This document shows, piece by piece, positions 10,361-18,390 of a stretch of 64,000 nt of DNA. The translations under genes and the position numbers were made by a program. Position 1 is the first letter of the stretch; each line of letters opens with the position of its first letter. The stretch is taken from assembly GCA_038874135.1 (NCBI GenBank), contig JAVZCZ010000001.1, positions 544,001-608,000 of the forward strand. Reading direction: 5' to 3'. Below the pieces are notes generated by a model. It ran no database searches, was not told the DNA's origin, and was given only the letters and a program-made list of their open reading frames with translations. This DNA is from Candidatus Woesearchaeota archaeon (GTDB lineage: Archaea > Nanobdellota > Nanobdellia > Woesearchaeales > 0-14-0-80-44-23).

Positions 10361-10418
10361 GGGCAATTCTTCTTACAATAGATTTATTTTGTTTTAAAAA
10401 GTTTGGGAGGTTGGTCTT

Positions 10419-11363
10419 ATGGAGTATGTTAGGGATTTCAGATGGGAAAGGGGTTTAAGTGTTAAAAGGTTTACTTCACACCTTTCCAAGGTTGGTTTTC
10501 AGAGTGTAAATCTTGGAAGGGCTTGCGAGATTGTTGCTAAGATGAAGAGGGAGGGCGCTAAGATATATTTAACATTCACCTCTAACATGGTAACCTCAGG
10601 TCTTAGAGGCTTCTTTGCTCAGCTGATTGAACTCGGAATGGTTGACATTGTAGTAACCACTGTAGGGGGCTTAGAAGAGGACATAATGCGCGCGCATAAC
10701 GAAAGATTTGCAATTGGAAGCTTCAGAGCTGATGATGTTGCACTTCACGAGAGGGGAATGAACAGGGTGGGTAACATTCTGATAAGGGATGAGAGCTATG
10801 CTAATTTTGAGGATACAATAACAGGAATGTTAAAGAAGATTTATGAAAAGAGGAAGAGAATGACAAGTGCAGAATTTTTCAGAGAGGTCGGCTTGCTAAT
10901 TCAGGATAAAAACTCAATACTTCACCAGGCGGCTGTGAAAAATGTTCCAATATTTTGTCCCGCGATAACTGACGGGGCTCTCGGCTTTCACCTGTTTATG
11001 TTTCAGGAGAAGCATCCTGACTTTGTTATTGACTGCGTTAGGGATTTTAAGGACATAGTGACATTTACAAGTCAGGACGATAAGAAGGGCATAATCTGCC
11101 TTGGCGGGGGGGTCTCAAAGCATTATGCTATACTTTCAACTCTCATAAGCGGGGGGATGGATTATGCGGTTTACATGACTACTGCTACACCTTACAGCGG
11201 GAGCATGAGCGGGGCTTCAACCGACGAAGCAAAGAGTTGGGGGAAGATAAAGGACGATGCCGATGCCGTTACAGTGATAGGAGATGTCAGCATAACATTT
11301 CCTCTCATGATGTGTAGCGTTTTAGAAAGGCTCTCTGAAGAGGGGCTGATCAGGGGTGCTTAG
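10419..11363 (+). CDS. dys: Deoxyhypusine synthase family protein
   Basis: GFQS, FTSNMVTSGLR, EEDIM, NRVGN, PAITDG, GGGVSKH, SGASTDEAKSWGK with catalytic Lys. Confidence 0.92.
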   Translation: MEYVRDFRWERGLSVKRFTSHLSKVGFQSVNLGRACEIVAKMKREGAKIYLTFTSNMVTSGLRGFFAQLIELGMVDIVVTTVGGLEEDIMRAHNERFAIGSFRADDVALHERGMNRVGNILIRDESYANFEDTITGMLKKIYEKRKRMTSAEFFREVGLLIQDKNSILHQAAVKNVPIFCPAITDGALGFHLFMFQEKHPDFVIDCVRDFKDIVTFTSQDDKKGIICLGGGVSKHYAILSTLISGGMDYAVYMTTATPYSGSMSGASTDEAKSWGKIKDDADAVTVIGDVSITFPLMMCSVLERLSEEGLIRGA

Positions 11364-11365
11364 CG

Positions 11366-12391
11366 ATGGCGCGCTTTCTACTTAGCAGGAGGAAGGTCTT
11401 AGAACAATACTCAATTGTTAAAGGGTGTACAGATTATGTTTCATACAGCTTCAAAACCAACCCTGAGGTCGGACAAGTTCTTGAGAGTTCCACTGATTGT
11501 TTTTTCAGCATCTCTGCTCGTGCACATCTTGAAAGGATAGCTGACAAGGGCAGGGTAATATTCTTTGCTCAGGGCTGGAGTGAGAGTGAAATCTCTGAAT
11601 TATTAGATGCAGGTGTAAAGCGATTTACGGTTGACAACATTCAAGATCTGGAAACATTGAAGAGATTTATGAAGGGAAAGAATGTTAAAGTTTGGCTATT
11701 CCTCAGGATGAAGCTCAAAGAAAACACAATACATACGGGAAAGTATTTTGTTTTCGGAATGGGTGCAGAGGAAATAAAAAGTGCAATTAGAGATTTAGCA
11801 GATGCCTGCTGGATTGAAAGGTTGGGACTCCACTTTCACAGGAAAACGCAAAACACTAGTGAGTGGAGTTTAAAGGAGGAGATTGTTGAGTCCTTAGGAG
11901 AAGAAGTTCTCGGCAGAATCTCAATAGTTAACATGGGCGGAGGCCTGCCTTCAATTTACAAAAATTCCAGACCTGAGATTGAAAGCATTATGAAGAGGAT
12001 TTCTGAGTTTGCTAAATGGCTCAGAAGCAGGGGCATTCAGCTCATCATAGAACCCGGCAGGTTTATAGCTGCGCCCGCTGTAAAACTGGAAGCTGAAGTT
12101 AAAAGTGTATATGAGGGAAACATAATAGTGGACTGCTCAGTGTATAACTGCGCTATGGATACATTCATAATGAACACTCGGCTACTTGTAGAGGGGGAAC
12201 TTGAAGAGGGACTGGGAAGAAGGTATCTGATAAAGGGATGCACTCCTGATTCCATAGACATTTTTAGGTATAATGTTTGGCTGAGAGAAGTCAAACCGGG
12301 TGACAAGATAGTTTTCATCAATGCAGGTGCGTACAACTTCTACTCCGATTTTGATGGTCTTGAGAAGATAAAAACAGAGGTGGTGGATTAG
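11366..12391 (+). CDS. Fold-type III PLP-dependent basic amino acid decarboxylase (Orn/DAP/Arg family)
   Basis: YSFKTN PLP lysine, HFH, NMGGG, IEPGRF, GCTPDSID, NAGAY. Confidence 0.88.
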   Translation: MARFLLSRRKVLEQYSIVKGCTDYVSYSFKTNPEVGQVLESSTDCFFSISARAHLERIADKGRVIFFAQGWSESEISELLDAGVKRFTVDNIQDLETLKRFMKGKNVKVWLFLRMKLKENTIHTGKYFVFGMGAEEIKSAIRDLADACWIERLGLHFHRKTQNTSEWSLKEEIVESLGEEVLGRISIVNMGGGLPSIYKNSRPEIESIMKRISEFAKWLRSRGIQLIIEPGRFIAAPAVKLEAEVKSVYEGNIIVDCSVYNCAMDTFIMNTRLLVEGELEEGLGRRYLIKGCTPDSIDIFRYNVWLREVKPGDKIVFINAGAYNFYSDFDGLEKIKTEVVD

Positions 12392-12392
12392 G

Positions 12393-13259
12393 ATGAAATT
12401 CATGAACCTGCCTGAAGAATATTCTGGTCCAAATTCCAGATTTTTAATAGTTCCAATACCCTATGAGGGAAGGGTAAGCTGGATGTCCGGAGCATCAAGG
12501 GCACCTGCTAATATAATAAGGGCCTCTGCAAATCTGGAGTATTATGACGAAGAGTTTGAAGTAGAACCATTCCTGAAGGGAATTGCTACTTTAAAGAGTA
12601 TAACGCCCGGCAGGGTTTCTGAGGAAGCTGCTGTAAGAAGTATTGAAAGGAAAGTTGCCCAACTTAAAATAGAAGGTTCATTTCCAGTATTTCTTGGAGG
12701 GGATCACTCTGTTACAATAGGCGTTGTAAAAGGTCTTGAAAAGAAGTTTTTTGATTTTGGTTTTATAAGTATTGATGCACATTCTGACCTTAGAGAATCC
12801 TGGAACAAGTCGCGGTTTAATCACGCCTGCACTTCTAGAAGGGTTTTAGAAAATCATCCTGTGCTGATTGTGGGGCTACGCTCGCAGGATTCTGAAGAGG
12901 CGGAGATTATAAGAGAAGGGAGAGCTTTAGCTATAAAAAGGTATGAATATTCACCTCAGTTTCTAAAGAGTGCCCTAGCTAAATTACCTCAGAGCGTGTT
13001 TCTTTCAATAGATGTTGACGCTTTTGATCCTTCGCTGGTAAGATATACTGGAACCCCTGAACCCGGAGGATTCTTCTGGAATGAGCTTATAGAAATTCTA
13101 AAGCTAATATTTGAACATAAAAAGGTAATCGCTGCAGACGTAGTAGAATTTGCTCCTGGGAAAGATGAAAAAATTACCAATGCTGAATCATTTACAATTG
13201 CAAAACTCATTTACAAGATTTTTGCCTTGAAAATGCTAAGTGAAAAATGGAAAGCTTAA
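12393..13259 (+). CDS. speB: Agmatinase (ureohydrolase)
   Basis: GGDHS, DAHSD, HAC, SIDVDAFDP, TGTPEPGG, DVVE. Confidence 0.9.
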   Translation: MKFMNLPEEYSGPNSRFLIVPIPYEGRVSWMSGASRAPANIIRASANLEYYDEEFEVEPFLKGIATLKSITPGRVSEEAAVRSIERKVAQLKIEGSFPVFLGGDHSVTIGVVKGLEKKFFDFGFISIDAHSDLRESWNKSRFNHACTSRRVLENHPVLIVGLRSQDSEEAEIIREGRALAIKRYEYSPQFLKSALAKLPQSVFLSIDVDAFDPSLVRYTGTPEPGGFFWNELIEILKLIFEHKKVIAADVVEFAPGKDEKITNAESFTIAKLIYKIFALKMLSEKWKA

Positions 13260-14266
13260 CCTTGCTGCACTGATTTTAAACGTTGAATTTCCAATTTGGG
13301 ATCTGGATCTGGATTAACATTTAGAGCACGAAATTCAATTCTGTCAAATCCGGGATTCTTTGAAACTCTTCCCTCTAAAAGAACTTGCATTCCTAATAAT
13401 GAATTTTTCAGCGCTGAGAGCTGTCCATCATTACTTTTAATGCTGAGAACCTCGTTCTCACCAAGTTTGAGAAGTTGAAGAACCTGCTCTTTAAAGCACA
13501 CCACTCTAACCGTGCCCGTGCCGTCATCTACAAAGAAATTCAAGACAAAGCTATAGCTTGGCGTTGAGGTTGGCCCGTGCACTTCACATATAAACCCTTC
13601 AGATCCCTGTTTCAATCTTCTTCTGCACTCTGGACAGGTCTCGTAAAAGTGAAGGTCAAAGACCTGAGTTATTGTCCCTAAAATTTGAACATAATCTCCT
13701 TCTTTAAGATCTGAAATCTGCCTGCGCGGCGTTGTTGGGATATTTGTTGGCTTCTTAGCCAGCTCGGGAACTCTCTCCTCTGGCGGGTTTAGTATGAGTT
13801 TTGAGCGGGAGTTGAGGTGAAGTTCCAGCTGGCCATTTCTCTCCCTAACATATCCAGACTTTATCTTTACGATGTCATTTTCTTTAAGATTTGCTGCAAG
13901 TTCTGCCTGCTCGTTCCAGAGCACCACTCTAATAGAGCCTGTTTCGTCAGAAAGTACGAAAGAGGAGACCTTTCCTGAAGAGTTCTGGGTTGAAAACTCT
14001 GTAGGTGGAAAGACCTTTTCTACGCGCCCAACAGTTTCAACATCTCTCATTCCCGAGAGTATGTTCTTGATTTGCACTCTGCCAGCTACTGAGTCAAACA
14101 GCTTTATGTTCAGCTCATGCGCGAGTATGTATGCTGCGCCCTCCCTGCTTATCATTCCTGAGAGTAGTTTTATCTTTTCATCCATCCTTTTTAGTATTTC
14201 ATCTTCAGAAAGGCCGCTCTTCTCCTTTATTCTGGCAATCACTTCTTCCATTGGTATTTTAAGCAT
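13256..14266 (-). CDS. rpa: Replication protein A large subunit (OB folds + Zn finger)
   Basis: DETGSIRVVLW and DDGTGTVRVVCF OB motifs; CPECRR...CEVH. Confidence 0.88.
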   Translation of the reverse strand: MLKIPMEEVIARIKEKSGLSEDEILKRMDEKIKLLSGMISREGAAYILAHELNIKLFDSVAGRVQIKNILSGMRDVETVGRVEKVFPPTEFSTQNSSGKVSSFVLSDETGSIRVVLWNEQAELAANLKENDIVKIKSGYVRERNGQLELHLNSRSKLILNPPEERVPELAKKPTNIPTTPRRQISDLKEGDYVQILGTITQVFDLHFYETCPECRRRLKQGSEGFICEVHGPTSTPSYSFVLNFFVDDGTGTVRVVCFKEQVLQLLKLGENEVLSIKSNDGQLSALKNSLLGMQVLLEGRVSKNPGFDRIEFRALNVNPDPDPKLEIQRLKSVQQG

Positions 14267-14314
14267 TTTAAGTGGTGTGCTTAATGGTTCTTATAAAAAT
14301 CTTTCTGAGAAAAA

Positions 14315-14407
14315 ACGAGTTTTGCATGCGCTCCCCAGTTACTACCGTTCTTCATTGCCGAACGGCTCAGCGGGTGTTCACTCGGTCACTGCGCATTCTG
14401 CACTCGC
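14315..14407 (-). ncRNA. BHB-enclosed C/D-box-like small RNA with two K-turns
   Basis: GC-rich intergenic island with TATA-like box ~25 nt upstream and T-run at the 3' end; perfect hBHBh'; D' CTGA and C' ATGAAGA. Confidence 0.75.
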
Positions 14408-14450
14408 AAGAATTGTGGTGTGTATTTTTAATATAAAAAAATATGCCTGA

Positions 14451-14888
14451 TTAGAGAGTGCCAAGCTTCTTTTCAATTTCGGCTAACTCCCTTTCTAGCT
14501 CTTCAAGCTCTGAGGATAGTTTTTTAGACGGCTTGTTGTCTACGATTTTTGTACTGCCAGATGGTTGAGCTGCTATTTGAGTTTCCTGCTCTGTTTTCGG
14601 GATTGAACCGCCTTGAAGTTCAGGTATCATTCTGCGTGTCATCTCAACTATCTTTGAGATCTCATTTACTGTATGAATAAGCTCTTGAATTAGCTTTTCT
14701 TTTGTTTCTCTTTCCCTGGTTAGAGTGGTTTCCATTTGAAGAAGCTTTACTGCCTGCTTAGAAGTTTCAAGAATCTTTTTTCTGACCTCTGAGGGATTTT
14801 CTATTGATACAAAAAGCTCTTCTGGCTTCGTTTGCGTTGGGGGGTTCCTCTTTGTTTTTTTCTCATTCTTTTTTACCTGTTTAGGCAT
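14451..14888 (-). CDS. Hypothetical coiled-coil protein (third of a related trio)
   Basis: LFVSIEN motif then heptads; C-terminal ELEELERELAEIEKKL. Confidence 0.75.
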   Translation of the reverse strand: MPKQVKKNEKKTKRNPPTQTKPEELFVSIENPSEVRKKILETSKQAVKLLQMETTLTRERETKEKLIQELIHTVNEISKIVEMTRRMIPELQGGSIPKTEQETQIAAQPSGSTKIVDNKPSKKLSSELEELERELAEIEKKLGTL

Positions 14889-15140
14889 CTATTCCACCCC
14901 CGGCTCAAGCAGTATGTCGTCCAACTCGTTTATTCTATTTTCAATGTCTGATAAGATTGCTTGCCAGTTTTCCAGCTCCGAAGCTTCCCTTGCTTTTATG
15001 TCTTCAAGTTCTGCCAGTATTGCCTTAGCGTCTTTGAGCTTTCTCTTTATCAGCTCAAATGCGTCCAGCAAGTCCTTGTACTCTTCAATTTTTATAAATA
15101 CTGGAAGCTTTTTATCCTTCTGCGCTTGGACTGCCGGCAT
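14889..15140 (-). CDS. Hypothetical coiled-coil protein (second of trio)
   Basis: PVFIKIEEYK...ELENWQAILSDIE; upstream SD; abuts next gene. Confidence 0.8.
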   Translation of the reverse strand: MPAVQAQKDKKLPVFIKIEEYKDLLDAFELIKRKLKDAKAILAELEDIKAREASELENWQAILSDIENRINELDDILLEPGVE

Positions 15141-15150
15141 CTCCTACCAC

Positions 15151-15828
15151 CTAAAGGTTTCCGAAAAGCTGATCATCTACATATATCAGCTTTCTTTCTA
15201 TGTCTTCCAGCTTTGCGCGCCAATTCTCTAGTTCTGCATCTTCATTCTCCTTTAAAGCTCTCAGCGATTGTAGGGAAGAATTTGCACTCTTAATTATGCT
15301 TTTAACAGTTGAAAGTTCGCGCAGTATCGCCTTATACTTGTCAACCTTGAGGAATATTGGCTTTGCAGTGTCCAGCTCCCTTTTTATCTGAGGGTTAATT
15401 TCTGAAGTTGCTGGCTCAACCGGATTAGATATTTGAGATTGCTGTGATAGATAAGCTGTTTGGCTCTTGACTCCTGATGGCATTTCCTGCCTATTATCCA
15501 ATGTGCCCGTTGGAAATGAAAATGGTTGAAAGCGTCTGCCCTGATTATCTGCGCCTGGAATACTTGAAAAGTCTGGCTCTTGAGGCTCTTGAGATGGGTA
15601 GTACTTCTTGAATAGGGCATCATACTCATCCGCTGAAGATTTAGTTTCAGTTTGCTTAGGCTCTGGAAATGGAGAAGGTGTGCTTTCAAATGGCTGCGAT
15701 GCGAATGGTTGTTCTGGCGGTTCAGGAATCTGCTGAAATTGCTGTCCAGCCTGCGGCACTTGCTGAGGCGTAGGCGACTGCATAGAAGATTGTTTATTAT
15801 CCTTTTTTCCGAAGAGTGAAAAAGCCAT
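15151..15828 (-). CDS. Hypothetical protein with P/Q-rich disordered N-terminus and coiled-coil domain (first of trio)
   Basis: PIFLKVDKYK...ELENWRAKLEDIE; GGGGTG SD. Confidence 0.8.
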   Translation of the reverse strand: MAFSLFGKKDNKQSSMQSPTPQQVPQAGQQFQQIPEPPEQPFASQPFESTPSPFPEPKQTETKSSADEYDALFKKYYPSQEPQEPDFSSIPGADNQGRRFQPFSFPTGTLDNRQEMPSGVKSQTAYLSQQSQISNPVEPATSEINPQIKRELDTAKPIFLKVDKYKAILRELSTVKSIIKSANSSLQSLRALKENEDAELENWRAKLEDIERKLIYVDDQLFGNL

Positions 15829-15907
15829 ATGTACACCCCTTTTTTGAGAGAAAACCTTTTGAAAAGTTAAAAAGTTTTATTAGCATTAAAAAATAGTAAC
15901 ACTTGCT

Positions 15908-17035
15908 TTATCCGAAAAACTTTCTGAGATGGGAGGTATCTTCCTCCTTTCTTTTTACCTTTTCAACTGCCTTGAAAAAGTCAGCTTGGCATATGAATGT
16001 TCTTCCATCTCTCAAAGCGAAGTAGCCGGCTTCTGTGCATAGAGCCCTCAGCTCAGCTCCTGAGAAGTTTTCAGTTCTTTTAACAATCTCTTCAAGATTA
16101 ACATCTTTAAGATTCATTTGCCTTGTATGTATTTTAAGTATTTCAAGCCTTCCTTCAGCGTCGGGATTTGGAATCTCTATCTTTCTATCAAGACGGCCAG
16201 GTCTGAGAATTGCCGGGTCCAGCAGGTCTGCCCTGTTGGTGCAACCTATAATTTTTACATTTCCAAGAGGCTTAAAACCGTCTATCTCCGCCAAAAGCTG
16301 CATGAAGGTGCGCTGCACTTCTCTCTCGCCAGAGGTTCCTATGTCAATTCTTATTGAAGCCAGAGCGTCCAGCTCATCTATGAATATTATTGACGGTGCT
16401 TTCTGCTTTGCAATTTCAAAAATTTCCCTGACCAGCTTTGCTCCTTCCCCTATGAATTTTTGGACCAATTCTGAAGAAACAACTTCTATGAAAGTAGCTT
16501 TGGTGGATGCTGCAACCGCCTTGGCCAGCAGCGTCTTTCCAGTCCCAGGAGGCCCATACAGCAATATTCCCTTTGGAGGAACTATGCCTATTTTCTGAAA
16601 TACCTCTGGCCTTTTAAGCGGCTCTTCAATAACTTCTCTTATTTCACGAATCTGCTCCCGAAGGCCGCCTATGTCGCTCCAGCTTACCTTTGGCTTTTCA
16701 ACTATTATGAAGTTTTCAACGCTGAACTCGCGAGAGGCTGGGATCTTGCGTACTATTGCCAGATTTTTCTGGTCAACAAGGACAGTATCTCCCGGCTCTG
16801 CAGATATGCTCTGCGGGCGTGAAACATAAAACATGCTACCGTTGGAAAGCTTAATTATAGCCCCATCATCAATTATGTTCTTAACTTCTGCAACAAGAAG
16901 AGGCTCTTTTCTGTAGGATTCAAGTTCTCGCTTCATAAGTTCAACTGTCTCTTTTAAAAGCATGTTTTCTTCTCTCACTCGCGATATTTCATCTACACTT
17001 ATTTTAGATTCATGCTCCTGCTGTTTTGCCTTCAT
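15908..17035 (-). CDS. pan: Proteasome-activating nucleotidase (AAA+)
   Basis: N-terminal coiled coil and OB fold, GPPGTGKT, KFIGEG, IFIDELD, RPGRLDR, C-terminal FFG; GTG 17044 is an alternative start. Confidence 0.93.
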   Translation of the reverse strand: MKAKQQEHESKISVDEISRVREENMLLKETVELMKRELESYRKEPLLVAEVKNIIDDGAIIKLSNGSMFYVSRPQSISAEPGDTVLVDQKNLAIVRKIPASREFSVENFIIVEKPKVSWSDIGGLREQIREIREVIEEPLKRPEVFQKIGIVPPKGILLYGPPGTGKTLLAKAVAASTKATFIEVVSSELVQKFIGEGAKLVREIFEIAKQKAPSIIFIDELDALASIRIDIGTSGEREVQRTFMQLLAEIDGFKPLGNVKIIGCTNRADLLDPAILRPGRLDRKIEIPNPDAEGRLEILKIHTRQMNLKDVNLEEIVKRTENFSGAELRALCTEAGYFALRDGRTFICQADFFKAVEKVKRKEEDTSHLRKFFG

Positions 17036-17040
17036 GGATT

Positions 17041-18390
17041 TCACTCTGGTCTGGTTATCCCAACTTGTCTTATTAATACTGGTGGAGTTTCTACTGGAGT
17101 TTCAACCTCCCAGCCAATTATCTTTTTGGAATTTTTTCCTATGCTTGAAACATTCTTAAGTATGTTTGGCATAGTATCTGAGATTCTTATTCTGCGAGCT
17201 TGTCCGATAATCCTGCCATTCTTAATATAAAACACTTGGTCTCTGGGAAGTGTTGAAAACTCTCCAGTCCGATAATTCTGAAACCTCGTATACCATAGAT
17301 TGGTGACTATTAGTCCTTTTTTTATTGAAGATATCATGTTGTCAATTTCTGATTTTCCTGGTTTTAATACTATGTTGAAAGGTGTCGGAATTATTAATCC
17401 AGCGTTTCCTGTACTCTCAATCCCATATCTTCTGGCTGTGGAAGTGTTATGTAGGTATGTCTTCAACACTCCATTTTCTATTAGTGCCTTCCTTTTAGCT
17501 GGAACTCCTTCATCATCAAAGAGCACTGAGCCTATACCGCCTTCCTGCGTAGGGTCATCCATAAGGGTAAAATCGCGTGAGGAAACCTGCTTTTCAAGCT
17601 TATTCTCCAGGAATGAGGAACCTGCTTCTACTTCAAATATTGAACACGAATATGCAGTCAGCTCAAGAAGCGATGCGAAGGGCAGTGGATAGAAAAGCAC
17701 ATCATACCTTCCAGGCTTTATCTTCACATCTGGAAAAATCTCGTTTGCAAGTTCTGCTGATTCCGAAGCACACTGCTCAGCATTAAATCCTTTGAGATTT
17801 CTTGAAACTGCCACTGAGTGGGCTGAATGCTCCTTATCAACTATGGCGCGAGTAGAAAGGTATATCTGAGTTGATTTGAATTCGCCTTCTACCCTGCTTG
17901 AAGTTATTATATATTCATATGATGAACTAGCTTCTAAATTTCCTGCTACTCTGGAGACCTTTCCCCTAGATGCTTCAGATACTGCAGATTCTGCATAATC
18001 TACTATTCCCTCTCCAAGATTTTCTACCTGCCTATCATAAAGTGATGGATCCTTCCTATATTTAAAAGGACCTTGTGCAATTCCCATGTAGTTTGGATTT
18101 GGCTTGAGCTTCCTGGCGAATCTGGCTATATCCTCGGCAGTCCGCCTTACTGATTTTTTTTCAATATCTCTTATTGATGTAGCAACTATCCTCTTTCCAA
18201 ATGATGCAAACACTGAAAGGCTAGATGGCTGATATGTCATCTGGTTGTTTATTCTGCTGTTAGAAAATTTAACCTGTGACTCCTCCTCAAACATAAAAGA
18301 GACTATAGCATCCTCTGCCCCGAGTTTAGTTATTCTCCTCAAAAGCTCCTGCGCTGCTCCTATCCCATTATCAATAATCTTCTCATTCAT
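17041..18390 (-). CDS. pmbA: TldD/PmbA family protein (PmbA/TldE-like, no HExxxH)
   Basis: FDDEGVP, STGNAG, VTNLWYTRFQN. Confidence 0.85.
   Translation of the reverse strand: MNEKIIDNGIGAAQELLRRITKLGAEDAIVSFMFEEESQVKFSNSRINNQMTYQPSSLSVFASFGKRIVATSIRDIEKKSVRRTAEDIARFARKLKPNPNYMGIAQGPFKYRKDPSLYDRQVENLGEGIVDYAESAVSEASRGKVSRVAGNLEASSSYEYIITSSRVEGEFKSTQIYLSTRAIVDKEHSAHSVAVSRNLKGFNAEQCASESAELANEIFPDVKIKPGRYDVLFYPLPFASLLELTAYSCSIFEVEAGSSFLENKLEKQVSSRDFTLMDDPTQEGGIGSVLFDDEGVPAKRKALIENGVLKTYLHNTSTARRYGIESTGNAGLIIPTPFNIVLKPGKSEIDNMISSIKKGLIVTNLWYTRFQNYRTGEFSTLPRDQVFYIKNGRIIGQARRIRISDTMPNILKNVSSIGKNSKKIIGWEVETPVETPPVLIRQVGITRPE

Noticed and set aside
14315-14407. Possible 5S rRNA or tRNA fragment (contains AACACCCG and GTTCG)
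   Set aside because: Too short, lacks 5S loop C CCGAAC and helices IV/V, no cloverleaf; BHB plus two K-turns explains it fully.
13872-14450. 192-aa + strand ORF
   Set aside because: Antisense to rpa and the sRNA; Ser/Phe-rich shadow with no motif.
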